From Nemertoderma westbladi (Eukaryota > Animalia > Xenacoelomorpha), in NCBI GenBank assembly GCA_032718475.1, contig JAUCBJ010004420.1, positions 62,001 through 126,000 on the forward strand: a stretch of 64,000 nucleotides of DNA. The letters are read 5' to 3'. A program made the translations under genes and the position numbers. Positions 11,167-24,900 of this stretch are shown here, in pieces. Every line of letters starts with the position of its first letter. Position 1 is the stretch's first letter. The notes under the pieces are model-generated. The model was not told where the DNA came from, made no database searches, and saw only the letters and a list, made by a program, of their open reading frames with translations.

Positions 11167-14100
11167 TCAGGTCAGGTCAGGTCCCAAGTTCCTGCTACCA
11201 CTATGGCAGTAATGTGGTACTACCTGTAGCTGCCAGCCCAGTAGGGCAGGCCCGATAAGCATAGCCTATTCATTATTTAGTTGATCAAGAGTGGGTTTGG
11301 TTTAGCCCCGTCAACTAAATAAGTCATTGAGGGCTATTGCGCCTAGGGCACCATTGAAGGCAAAGGCTTGATACGCCTCTGCATTAGAGATGATACACGC
11401 CCCGCCCTGTCTATACTGGATGCTCCTCTACCAGTGTTAGGTAACCTAACCCAGGAGGCACACTTGGTTCAGGGTGTACCAAATGGACCCCTACAGTCGG
11501 CAGCAGGGCTGTAGGCCATGGATAGGCGGAAGGTAATCAACCAACGGCTAGACATGCTGACAAGGTCGGCGGAAGGTAATCAACCAACGGCGACCTACTG
11601 CGAAGACGCTTGTAGGAGTTGCGACCACAAGCGGTTTACTCCAGCAACTGAAAGATATAAGTATGAGAACCCTCCAGGAGAAATACCGGCTCGGTCGTCG
11701 CACGGGTCAACAAGGACCGCGTCCCTCAGTGGTACACCAGGCTGAGGTCGATAAATTGGCTACTGGAACAGAGAAGAAAGAAGAACCAACCTGTTGAAAT
11801 GTAAAAAGACACTAAAGATTGCTACAATGAACGCACGCACGCTGAAAGCACATACCAAACAGGGTGACATGGTCGCTCTGGCAATGGATTATAACATCGA
11901 CATCATCTGCATCCAAGAACATCGGATTTGTCATGAAGACACTGCCATGAAGTACAATGACATTGGAAAGGGATGGTCGTTAGTAACAAGCTCAGCAGTA
12001 AGAAACTCGGCCAATACATCAATTGGTGGAGTAGGAATTCTGCTAAGCCCATTTGCACTTAGACCCTAAACAACATCGAATCTATAAATTCCAGGGTTTT
12101 GATCGCTACATTTGATGGGAATCCCAAGGCAACAGTTATATGTTGCTGCAGTCCAACCAATGCCTCAGAGCCAGAACAAGCAGTCAAGTTTTATGAAGAA
12201 CTGACTGGATTTATAAAGGAAATACCGAGACACAATGTTAAAGTCCTTGCTGGTGACCTGAATGCGCAAATTGGCCCAGAAGACATCAAGGGTTACACCT
12301 ATAACACCAGTTCTAACAGAAATGGGTACTTACTTTTAGACATAATGGAAGAATGTGAATTGATACCAACAAACAACACATTCGAAAAGAGTAAGGGGAA
12401 GCTATGGACCTTTCAATACCCTAATGGAACCAAAGCACAACTGGATTACATCCTTATAAACAAAAAGTGGAGAAACAGCATGATCAACTGCGAGGCATAC
12501 AGCTCCTTCAACCTAATTGGTTCGGACCACAGAATTGTGACTGCAGAGATAAGACTCAGATTGAGAGCCAGGAAAGCAAGCAAGTCAACTATGACTGGGA
12601 GAAACTCAGAACTGACAATGCTGTAAAGGATGCTTATACAATAGAAGTTCATAACCGCTTTGAAGCACTTCAGTCAATGGATGAAGATCAATCCACCGAT
12701 TCAATATACAAGAATATAATAACAGCCCACAAGGAATCAGCTAAGAGGCATATCCCCCAGAAACCCAAACGAAAACAGTATGTGCCATGGCAAAACTCTG
12801 AGGTAACTTGTAAGAGAGAAGATCTTAAGATAGCCTACAAAGTTAAAACCGAACAACCAACAACTGAAAACATTAACAAGGTTGAGAAAGCTAAGGACGA
12901 TCTTAAATTGGCCTATAACATCAGCCAGGAAAAGTACATACAGGATAAAACTGAAGTAATTACAACTGCTCACATACAGCAACAATCAAGACTTACCTGG
13001 CAAACTGTAAATGAAGTAACTGGTCGGAAAAGTTGTGCAAAGGCTGTGCCTCAAAGAAGATAGTCCTGAAGAACGTGTTGGGAAGTGGAAAAATCACTTC
13101 AGCAACTTGCTTGGGCAGCCACCAAACATCGAGGTCAGCCCTACAAGGAAAATATATGACAAGACACTACCTATAGAAACAGGGGACTTCACACCTGCCG
13201 AACTCCAAAGAAGCATTAAAAGCATGTCCAATAATAAAGCGAGTGGATTAGATGAAATCCCAGCGGAGGTATGGAAAACCGGAGTGCTAAACAGACCATT
13301 ATTGAATGTTTGCAACATGTTGCGATGTTTGCGATGTTAAAAGGGGAAAAGCCACCACCAATTTGGACTAAAGGTCAACTAAAGCCTCTCCCCAAGAAAG
13401 GAGACATCGGCATACCAACAAACTATCGTGGGATCTGTCTGCTTGTGGTAGCTGCCAAAATATACAATAAAATGATTCTGTATAGGATTAGGCCTCACAT
13501 AGAGAAACTACTGCGTAAGAGCCAAAACGGATTTCGACCAAGTAGATCAACAATAGCTCAGATACTTGCACTACGGAGACTGATTGAAGGAATTAAGTCA
13601 AAGAATCTCCCCGCAGTCATGACTTTTGTGGACTTCAAGAAGGCATTCGACTCCATCCATAGAGGTAAAATGCTTGAAATCCTAAGAGCTTATGGAATAC
13701 CAGAAGTAATTGTTGCTGGCATTGGATTGTTATATTGTGACACAGAAGCGCAGGTACTCTCACCAGATGGTGAAACTGAGTTTTTCTCAATCCTGGCTGG
13801 CGTACTGCAAGGTGACACATTAGCACCATTACTATTTGTAATTGTGCTGGATTACGCAATGAGGACGGCCACAAAGGGTGAAGATCTGGGATTCACACTT
13901 CAAGAACGCAGAAGTAGTAGATATCCGGCAACTACAGTCACAGACATCGATGACTTCCAGTACCTTGGATCATGGATAGAGAGTAGCAAAAAGGACATAG
14001 AAGTTAGGAAAGCAAAGGCTTGGGTAGCTCTATCAAAAATGGATACCATCTGGAAATCAGATCTCTCCAGGCATCAGAAGACTAAGTTCTTTCGAGCCAC

Positions 14101-14521
14101 AGTGGAAAGTGTATTTTTATACGGGGGTGAGACCTGGACACTGACTAAATCACTTGAACAACGAATAGATGGTTGCTACACAAGACAACTAAGGGCAGCC
14201 CTAAACATCAGCTGGAGACAACACATGACAAACGCCGAGCTTTATGGTACAATACCACCTGTATCAACCACCCTCCGTGAACGCAGATTAAGATTCAGTG
14301 GGCACTGCTGGCGAAGTAAAGACGAGGTCATACCAGATATACTTCTCTGGCTACCAACTCATGGAAAGCGTAGTCGTGGACGACCGGCCATAACATATAT
14401 AGATCAACTTGAAAGGGATACTGAACTTGGGAGAAACGAAATTGCCACAACTATGGAAAATCGGGAAGCCTGGAAGGATCTCATTTCCACTGTCCGAGTT
14501 CGCTCGACCTAGTAGTAGTAG
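11167..14521 (+). mobile_element. RTE-clade LINE family 1, near full-length copy A (APE endonuclease + RT), inactivated
   Basis: APE motifs (IATMNARTL, IICIQEHR, AGDLNAQIG, QLDYILI, GSDH) and RT motifs (NYRGICL, QNGFR, FVDFKKAFDS, GVLQGDTLAP, LRFSGHCWR); several frameshifts and stops; (TAG)n tail; approximate TSD TAAATAAATTAA at 11151-11162 and 14522-14533. Confidence 0.92.
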
Positions 14522-15765
14522 TAAATAAATTAAAATTAATAAACTTAATTACAATTTTCAATAATATTTAAAAAAAAAATTTTCAAGGAAATGCTGGATA
14601 ATTTTTCAAGATCTTCAAAAAACCTATTAAACGAGCCATAAATTATCGAATTCGGGTGAAAAACGGCGGAAAAGTAGTATTTTGAAAAATGGAAATATCG
14701 TTAAAATGTATTTCCGAGATAATTTGCTTTAAAGTTTGAACCTTCCCGCTCAAACCTTACGTCTGTAGTCTGTTAATCGGTCAGTAATGTTTGACACTAT
14801 TATGGCTTCATACCAAGTCACTAAAATTATCAATATTGGGGTTTTCCGGGTCGGTGATTTCATTTCTGATACCAGTTTTAATGTTTGGTGGTATCTAATA
14901 TGACTGTCTGACAGTTTGACTGTCTGTCTGTCTTTAAATTTTGACGGATACTAGAGTCATTATTAGCACATATTGCTGATGGTAAATAATAAATATAACT
15001 ATACATGGGTGAAACATAACTATACAATACATGGGCGATATTCGGGAGTAATGTTCCAAATACTCTTGTTGCGCCTGTCGATTCGTATAAAGCGACAGGC
15101 GCATAGACCCCCCCCCCCCCCCCCAAATTCCTATACAAAAATTTGTGGCACGAAACACATCACACGAAATGGAATTACAATAAAAGCAGGCCATTTAAAA
15201 CCATTTTCAATCAATTAATTCAGCACCTTAGAAAACCTTATACAGTAATATAAAAAAAAATTATTCACATTTTTTGAGTTAACAAAGGTGGTTCTGAATT
15301 AACGAGGGTGGACCCAGAGCTAACGAGGGTGGTCCCTAGATTAACGAGTGAGGACCCTGTGTTAATAAGGATATTCCCTGGATTAATAAAAAATAATTAA
15401 TACCAAAACTAATAACAAAAGCAAATACCCAAAATACAATACCAGCAAATACAGAAATACTCAAATTAACAAAAAACACAAAAATAATTATTTAATACAA
15501 AATTTAATATTGAACTTTTAAAGCTCTAAAATCACAAAGAAAACCCATGAAGGTTTATTCCAATTATAATTGTTCAACCCCAGTGATTTTGAAATACACC
15601 AGACATGTCAGAGAGCATTATAAGTATTATTTCCTTGTGCAAAAATTAATTATTCTTGATATATTATAAGTAGTAAGATGAACCCCTTTTCTGCGACAGT
15701 TGGACCTACTTCGCACCTTAGGTGTTAAGTAGGTCATTAATTAATCAATTAATTAATTAATTGGA

Positions 15766-15795
15766 CGATTAAACAATTAATTAATTGTTTAATCG
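15766..15795. repeat. Perfect 30-bp AT-rich palindrome sharing a 26-bp core with 63838-63873
   Basis: CGATTAAACAATTAA|TTAATTGTTTAATCG. Confidence 0.8.
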
Positions 15796-16714
15796 ATCGA
15801 TTTGTATCAAATAATGTTCCCAAAGGCAATTTAATTTGACACAAATCAAACAGACGGGGACGGGCGATGAATAGATAGTAGTACTACAGTAGGTACAGTA
15901 GATAAAATGTACAATACAATAGGTACCGTACAATACAATATACAGTACATTTGTATTATTTTTGTCATACAATAGAATGATAGAATGAAATAAAAAGATG
16001 CGAGCGGGGCCCAAAACATAATTTACTCGTTCTGGAAAATACGTGGGCCAGTTTGACCCCGACTCAGTCCCCCAATAATCTGAGGCTGTTGGTCTGATTG
16101 CCTTCTTTCACATTGTACAGTACTGTATGAAGCAGCTTGCGCATATGTTAAATTAGTCCTCAACCATTTCTATACTAGATACTGTAGTGTTATGTACCAT
16201 ACGACCATTGTCAAATCACCTGAGAAACTTACAATAAACATCTGGTTTGCAATAGATTGACTTCTTTCAAATTGTGCTGTATGAAGCAGCCTGTGCGCCT
16301 GACCGCATATAATTAAATAAGGCCCTCTTTTAATACATAAGTTATATACAGTTTATCTTCAATTTATTTAATTTTTTTTTATTTACAACCCTAATTGTTA
16401 TACTGTATTATAATTTATGTTTTATTATAACAAGCTATATCCTGTTAATCTTTATTAATTTTATTTGTACTGAGGTTTTCGAGGTTTTTCGTCTGCTTCC
16501 AATGGTCCTATTCTCAAAACGATCTAAACTACTGTATAGTGAATTACTTAAGTCTGCGAGGTATGCATAAGTAACAAATCTCGTTTACCAGTTTTCCTTA
16601 AATACTATGAAGCTATATTGCTTAAGAGTTCTGAGGGGCGAGCCATGAGGCAAGATTTTTGAGACTTTTTTAGATATATTATTACTTAATTTTGACCCCC
16701 CAGTCGGTATCTAT

Positions 16715-17368
16715 CTATCTAAAGTCCTCAGCAAGTCTCTGATCGGATGAGCATAAGCTCAAAGGATGGTATGCTTGAGCATGTGGACGACTTCTGTTAC
16801 CTGGGATCATGGATCCGGAAGTCAGGTGAGGACCTTCGAATACGTAAGGGAAAGGCATGGGCAGCCTTGAATAGGCTTTCCAGGATTTGGAAGTCACCTA
16901 GAATTAATCGGAAACTTAAGGTCCGATTATTTAGAGCAGCAGTAATTCCAGTACTCCTCTATGGGAGTCCATGCTGGGCTCTAACTGCTGAGGACACCAA
17001 ATCTCTGGATGGCACATTCACAAGAATGCTACGCCGGGTTCATTGTGTCAAGTACAATGCACACATCTCCAGCCAGACACTATATAACATTGGAGGTGTC
17101 TCATTGGTTCCCCCAAGCTTGACACTAGAACAAAATCGCCTCCGCTTTGCAGGACATTGCTTTCGCCGTGAGGACCAGCCAGTGCATAATCTTGTACTTA
17201 TCTTGTACTTGTATTATTGAGACGCATCTTAAAGGACACTGGCCTTAAAGATGCGGATGATCTAGCAAATGTCATGGGTGATAGGGAGTTGTGGCGGTGC
17301 AATTTTGTTGACAAGCCGGCACAGCATTCTTAAAAATGCAGCTGCAATGCAGCATGCCGATCCTAGTA
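16715..17368 (+). mobile_element. RTE-clade LINE family 2, 5'-truncated copy
   Basis: RT C-terminus (VDDFCYLGSWI...LLYGSPCWAL...RLRFAGHC) nearly identical to 56149-56800; small internal deletion at ~17200; TSD GTATCTAT at 16707-16714 and 17369-17376. Confidence 0.9.
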
Positions 17369-18328
17369 GTATCTATAACAATATAGGCTATATCTTTTTG
17401 CGGAGTCACATAGTAGTCTGAAGTTCCCTAGTCTGCCGCTAGAAGGCGAAATGTCTCAAAGTGAAAACCATACAGTAGCTATGAATTGGTTACTAGGCAA
17501 TAATACTACATTTTGTATACTACTACTACTAGGTCGAGCGAACTCGGACAGTGGAAATGAGATCCTTCCAGGCTTCCCGATTCTCCATAGTTGTCGCAAT
17601 TTCGTTTCTCCCAAGTTCAGTATCCCTTTCAAGTTGATCTATATATGTTATGGCAGGTCGTCCACGACTACGCTTTCCATGAGTTGGTTGCCAGAGAAGT
17701 AGATCTGGTATGAACTCGTCTTTACTTCGCCAGCAGTGCCCACTGAATCTTAATCTGCGTTCACGGAGGGTGGTTGATACAGGTGGTATTGTACCATAAA
17801 GCTCGGCGTTTGTCATGTGTTGTCTCCAGCTGATGTTTAGGGCTGCCCTTAGTAGTCTTGTGTAGCAACCATCAATTCGTTGTTCAAGTGATTTAGTCAG
17901 TGTCCAGGTCTCACCCCCGTATAAAAATGCACTTTCCACTGTGGCTCGAAAGAACTTGGTCTTCAGGTGCCTGGAGAGATCTGATTTCCAGATGGTATCC
18001 ATTTTTGATAGAGCTACCCAAGCCTTTGCTTTCCTAACTTCTATGTCCTTTTTGCTACTCTCTATCCATGATCCAAGATACTGGAAGTCATCGACCTGCC
18101 TTAGTTGATTATTATCAATGGTTGTCAAGTTTCCATCAACATTAAAGGTCATGAATTCGGTCTTGGTAGCATTTATATGCAATCCAACCTCCTTAGCAGC
18201 CCTCTCCACTTTATTTAGTAGAAGCTGTGCATCTGCTAGCGTATTAGAGAGCAGGGCGATGTCATCCGCAAAGTCGGTGTCTGTGACTGTAGTTGCCGGA
18301 TATCTACTACTTATGCGTTCTTGAAGTG

Positions 18329-18852
18329 TGTTAGCTTATTCAATTCCACTAACACCCCACAAAGTAAGCCGTTAAGCAATATTGGGGGCCACGAGGTTGG
18401 GTAACCAACCACTCGTGCCACCCCAACAAAGTAGGAGAAATACACAATAGGGGTCAGGGGCCATACCCCTAACCGAGAGAGAACAGAAGGAGTGCAGGGA
18501 AACACTCCAAAGGGCGCCAACAGGGATATTAGCCAATCAGAGGGAAGCATCGACTAGGTACTGTAACAAGGCCGACCCATGCAACATAATAGCAGTTACC
18601 AATGTATCATTTAGTCAGTGTGCCATTTAATGTCAGTTAGGTTAGCTAGGGAAGTACCGGGACTTAATCATCGTTTCCCGCCTTCCATATACTATTGTTA
18701 CTCACTTATTCATTATACGATCCCTCTATTTATACTATTATACCCGGAGATTATATACGACGAACAACGCAAACTCTTTTACCTTTCACACAAGGCGGGG
18801 ATGCGTAGATTGACAAACGGATAAATCGGGATCCTTCGTGGATCCCGTCACA
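18329..18852 (+). repeat. 5' LTR of Bel/Pao 1 (524 bp)
   Basis: TGTTAGCTTATTC...GATCCCGTCACA, repeated at 33350-33884. Confidence 0.95.
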
Positions 18853-18922
18853 GTGATTAATACCAAGCTGCCGCCCCTAGTTAGCTAAACAGTGACTACC
18901 AGCCACCAATCTAAAGTACAAG

Positions 18923-21900
18923 ATGAGTCGGTCGGGAGAGACGATGCCGCCACGGACCCCGGATGAAGACCTAACGATTCGCGAGGCCGTGACCAGAAGG
19001 TATAGGCCCACAACGCCGGACCCATCGGTAACGGGTCATCCGGCAGATCAGGATGAAGGGGGCCGTCTGGAGCCAGAGATCGAGTCGAGAGGAGCGGGAA
19101 GTGAGTTGAGAGAATGAGAGGGCAAGAGGGACGGAGAAAAAGACGAGTTGACACGGAACGAGGGTCGACGTACCGATGTCGCTGGCCAGCCACAGGCCAA
19201 GGGCGACGAACGGCCCACCGAAACAACGACGGTGGGGCCGACGGTACGACGCCTGACCCGGAGAGATGGAGGAGATGTCGGTACCGATGTTGCCGGCCAG
19301 CTACAGGCCGAGGGCGACGAACAGCCCACCGAAACGGCGACGGTGGGGCCGCCGGTACGACGTCGGACCCGGAGAGACGGAGGAGAGGTCGGCGACGAAG
19401 ACGTCGGGGTTTCTGATCGACTTCGACGGGCCTACAACGCGACCCGGAAGCTACTTAAGGAGGCCAAGGGGGGGCGAAGATAGATGAGGTAAAGTTAACA
19501 ACAGGACTAGGTGAGTCGGATAGACATTTTAGTTATCTAATGCGCTTTGGGCAGGGAGAACTGGCCAAGGAGAGAGCGAGAGGGGTTGCCGAGGAACTGT
19601 GTGATTTATGGCGGTGTAGGGGTATGCAACCTAGTGCAGTGTACATAGGGCCATACTTAGTCGATGCCCAGGGTATAAAATCAGTGGGTTGGAGGAGACC
19701 TGAGGAGGGCGAATCCGAGGTTGACCCCGAGGATTCGATCTTGTCAGTCGGGGGAAGTTCTGGGAGGAGGGGGAAAGTTAGTAGGTCGGGAAGGCGGAGG
19801 GAATCCGTCGTAACCGATAAGTCTGCTACATCCTCCGTAAAAGAAAGACGGGTGAGAGAGATAAATGCCACATACCATCTCGATCTAATAGCACAAGGTC
19901 GGAGAGAAGTAAAGAGACGGTTAGAGGAGGGGAGAATGTTACTAGAGAGGGAAATGGAACTGATTAGAGAGACCGGAGAGAGGGCCGAAAGGGCCGCGAA
20001 AAGCCTTAGGGAGTGTGAGGAAATAGGGAGGAAGGAACAAGAGGAGCGTGAGGCGAGACGGGAAAGTGAATGCAAGGAGCGTGAGGCAAGATGGGAAAGT
20101 GAACGCAAGGAGGATGAGGCGAGAGAGGAAAATGAACGCAAAGAGCGTGAGGCAGAACGCAAGGAGCGTGAGGCGAGAGAGGAAAATGAATGCAAGGAAC
20201 GTGAGGCGAGGGAGGAAAGTGAACGCAAAGAGCGTGAGGCGAGGCGAAGGGAGGGAGCTAGGAGAGAGGCGGAATTGGCTGACCAGAACGCACGGGAGGG
20301 TCGGGAGAGAATGGCAAGAGAGGAGCGTGAGCGAAAAGAATTGGAAAGACACCAAAGCGAGCTTATAGAGTACAAAACTAGATGCACGCGCGAACTGGAA
20401 CTGGCGCGGATAGGGGTGTCTGAGAGCGAGGCTGACTCGAAGATTTTCGAGGAGCTAAGGGCCGTGGATACATTTATTAATACCCCACTTACAGGGACCG
20501 CACGACAGACCCGAAACTGGTGTGACCGTACGGGCGGGGGCGGGGGGGGGGGGGGGGGGGTAATAATAATACTACAGTAGACGACGTTAATATTAATAGT
20601 ACCGTATTGAATAATTCTAACCAAGCTTATATTGCAGGAAATACTTTGCCTGGTAGTAGTGATTTGAATTTAAATACAAATAATCTAAATAATAATTTCA
20701 ATTTAAACGTGCAAAATAATCCGAATAATAATTTAAATTTAGAAAATAATAATAACACAAATAATTTAAATAATGATCCAAACCCGAAATTACAAAATAA
20801 TTCAAATAGTGTAGTCGCGCAAAATAATTCAAATGATTTTATTTCGAACGAACAAAATAATTCCGTTTCTAATATAGGTGCTATTAACGTGAACGCGTCG
20901 GACGTGTATAACCCGACAGACGGCGGCCTGGTAGGCCACGTAGTTAGTAGGCAGGAGGTGGCGGGGTTGAGTCGAGCCGACGGCGGCCTGGTAGGCCACG
21001 TAGTTAGTAGGCAGGAGGTGGCGGGGTTGAGTCGAGCCGACGGCGGCCTGGTAGGCCACGTAGTTAGTAGGCAGGGAGTGGCAGGGTTGATCCAACCCAG
21101 AGTAGGCCCGATAGGCCAAGTAGTAGTGGAGAGAGAGGCAGGGGTAAGCGAACCCAGCCGCAGTAGAAACATTGTGTCGACTGGAGAGGGGTGTAGAAGA
21201 GAAGTAAGAGGTAGCGGTGTGATATGTGGCGAGTGGGGGGGGGGGGGGGGGGGGGCTACAGGAGCCCCGCAACGAGAAGTTAGTGGCGAGTGGGGGGGGC
21301 TACAGGAGCCCCACAGCGAGAACTTAGTGGCGAGAGGGGGGGGGGGGCAGAGAGTGTCCCACAGGCATCGGCGGATAATGCGCGGGCGAATCAGGTAAAC
21401 CGCAACACCCGGCGACGGAGAGTAATAGGGGGATTGCGAGTATCCCCAGTGGCGTGCGATCGAGCAGAGAGAGGCAGGTTGACGTCGCGAGAGGGTAGAC
21501 GAAGCGTCGAGCCCGATCAGAAGAGGGAAGAAGAACAGTGGAGTTTAACCGGGAGGTCGACTAGAGATCTCACGAGCGGGAATACTGCACTGAAAGGAGA
21601 AGAAGAGAAGACAGCAGGAGAAGTATTGCCGCGAACGACAGGAGAGCGAGAACGGATAGCGAGCCGTCGGTAGTAGAGATGGAGATGGAGAGTCAGCAGG
21701 GTCGAACTTCGGGAGATTGCCGTCGCCCCGGAGGAACGCAACCTGACGAGGCGCATTACGCGTCGAGAGGGGGGTACACGATGTACCGGTACGAAGACGA
21801 GAGCAGTAGAGGGGGTCGAAGAGAGGCTTTCCGGCGGGATATACCTGCCGATCGAGAATACGGTAGCCCCGGGGAGGATTATTCGAGAAGAATAAACTTC

Positions 21901-24900
21901 AATCCCGAGCGACACATACAGACTGTAGGACATACTGTAGGCCTTACTGCACATACCATAGGCCATGCTGACAGGAATAATGTAGGCGATAGGATAGCGC
22001 GGTCGACGGGATTAAACCCGGAAGTCGCGGAGTACATACCGGCAGGTAGGCCAGAAGCTGATAGGCCTATACCGGTACCAGTACAGCAGTATGACTACAG
22101 CATGCAAGGACATAACATATACCCAGGGGAGGGGGGAATTATTGCGGATAGGTGCATGGGTCCCAATATATTAACATCAACCCCAGTACCAAACATACCG
22201 GTGGGGGGGGGGACAGGGTGACATTCCCCCATCACAATATCAACAATATACCCCAATAGGAGCAAGAACAACGAACCCCTTGGATGGAAATAGGTCATGC
22301 AACACAGAAATATGGAGGGGGCCGCTACCCCCAATGACATACCCAAGCCAGAGGAAGGCAGGAAATAGGACGGACAGACCGCACCTAACAGGAGAAACTA
22401 TACAACATCCATCGAACCCATTGGAGGCGCAGGCGATGGGAATGGCCACGTTAATAGATGCATTAAAAACTAGGATCGAGCTACCACCCGTGGAACCATT
22501 CAAATTCGATGGGAGTAGGCCGGAAGAATACCTACAGTTTCGGCGCATGTATAGCAATGAAATACTAACAAAGAACTTGACGCAGGCGGAGTGCCTAAAG
22601 TATCTGCAAGTATATACAGGAGGCCCAGCATACGACATCGTGAGGCAATACCAGGGCATAGAGGGCGGCTTCACGATGGCATGGCGGGCACTGGACAGGG
22701 AATACGGGCACCCGGCCAAGATCATCCGGCAAACCCTGAGAGGCATAACATCGGGTGGCCTACAGGATAATCCTGTTAGCATTAAGACGTTCGCAAACAA
22801 GGTCGAAAAGGCGCTAATCGTACTGAAAACGCTAGACGCGCCATATGAGCTCAACGCGTCCAACAATATAACCACGATAGCGCAGGCACTACCGATATGG
22901 CTGCACAACAAGTGGAGGAAAGTTGCTTTCTCCACTCGAGATAGGAAGGGTGCGGAACCGGGTCTAGAAGAAATGTCAAGCTTCTTAAACTATGAAGCTG
23001 AATTAATAACCGACCCAGTCTATAGCGAGGATAGCCTGGGAAAGGGGCCAAGAACAGATTACGATAGACCGAAACCAGAACACAACACATCAGACGCATT
23101 GCCGAAGCTCAGGCAATCACTGCCATACGCAGCAACGCAGGGGACTGCTAGTCCACAGGTAGCCGGGGGTAAGACCACATCATGGAGCGGACAGGGGAAA
23201 ATAACAACACAAACAAACATGACACTAGTACGCCCAGTAGGCCGAACCCAAGCAATAAGAATAGTAGGGACTTTGGTACAAATGCAACAGATGCAAGAAG
23301 GCAATCGATCAGTAACCACACTGATGCTGGTTGATAGTGGAGCTGCCTTCACATTAATGGAGGATTGGGTGGCCGAAGAGATAGGATTGAGAACGAGGCT
23401 GAGTAGAATGGCGGTAACAACCATCTCTAGCAAAGATGAGATCCTGGAGATGAGAACCGGACAGTGCGCGATTGCAGCAATACCACCGGGATGTGACTAC
23501 GGGGCGACCATCGACCCTATCCAAGCGATAGAATCAATAAATATCAATGCCAGACGGCCAACCAACATCGAGGTCGAACAATACAAATTTCTGGATGATA
23601 TCAACTTCTCAATCCCAGAGGTGGACGTTAGGAAGGTATCCATCATAGTAGGAATGGACTGCCCGACGGCCCACGAAAGAATGCAAACGGTCTTCGGCGA
23701 AGACAGACAGTGTGACCTGGTGGCGATACTAACACCATTCGGGTGGACGCTAAGCGGCCCAATCAAGAGCAAGATACCATTTAGGATGTCGGAGACATCA
23801 GGAAATGAGTGATGAGAGAGCAGAAGAGCAGCTTAAAAGACTGCTCAGACAGGATTTTGAAGGATTAAAGGAGACCGGGGTCGGGACCTCGGTGGAAGAC
23901 AAACAGGCTCAGCAGAGCGTAGCGAAGTCTATGAAATGCGACGAGGGGCGGTACACCATAGGAATGGTATGGAAGCTACCGAAGCTACCACTTCCCGATA
24001 ATAGAGGGATGGTACTCACGAGGCTCCGCAAGCTGAAGCAGACACTAAAACGGAGCCCCGAGAAGAATGAGCACATCCACAGAACGATTAAGAAGTACGT
24101 TGAGAAAGGATGGGCCTTGGAGTTACCGGTCGACGAACCAAACACGGACAGGACATATTACCTGCCACTCCACGTGGCTTTAGACCCAAAGAAAGGTAAA
24201 CTGCGGATGGTAGTTGACGCATCAGCCAAAACCAACGGAAAATACCTAAACGACTATCTGCTGGAGGGTCCCAATATCTACAAATCGGGGATCGAGGTCC
24301 TACTTAGATTCAGGAATGGAAACACGCCTTCACATGTGATATAGAGGGCATGTTCAACCAAGTCCGTGTAACGGAGGAAGATAGCGATAGCCAACGCTTC
24401 TTGTGGTACAACGGCGATGAAGAGCCGTCGATTGTACCGACGTACAAGATGATAGTGAAGAACATGGGAGCCAAGTTGTCTTCATTTACGACGACTATGG
24501 CAGTAAGAGACACAGTAAAGGGAAAGGAGGATAGATACAGCACTAGGGCCATCGATATGATTTGACGCGGCTTCTACGTAGACGACGGGATGGAGTCTGG
24601 AAATACGGTTAAGGAGATACTGGACACAGGGCGCGAGGTTCGCGACATCCTAAAAGGATCCGGCTTTAACCTAACCAAATTCCAATCCAGTTTGGAGGAA
24701 TTTATCAAGGCGATAGAGGACGAGAGACCAGAATCGACCATGGATAATCCCACAACAGCCAAAGGGCAGGACATGGCGAATAAGAGGACAGAGTCTCAAC
24801 AGAAGGCACTGGGAATCGTGCGGAACAGAGAGACAGATGAACTGAAGTACCAGCTGAACCAGGAGGGCGCAAACATCCACACAAAGAGAGGCTATGTATC

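Noticed and set aside
11170-11600. HDV-like ribozyme in the RTE 5' UTR (duplicated GGCGGAAGGTAATCAACCAACGGC)
   Set aside because: Plausible for RTE elements, but I could not build the nested double pseudoknot by eye.
14530-16650. Possible Tc1- or Helentron-type non-autonomous remnants (hairpin at 15705-15736, ~21-bp repeats at 15300-15390)
   Set aside because: No paired termini or TSD could be established.
19533-20624. 363-aa minus-strand Ser/Arg/Leu ORF and many other short overlapping ORFs
   Set aside because: Antisense or alternative-frame shadows of TE coding sequence.
20536-22212. Programmed frameshifts at long G runs in Bel-1 gag
   Set aside because: Homopolymer length is unreliable and the element has other disabling mutations.
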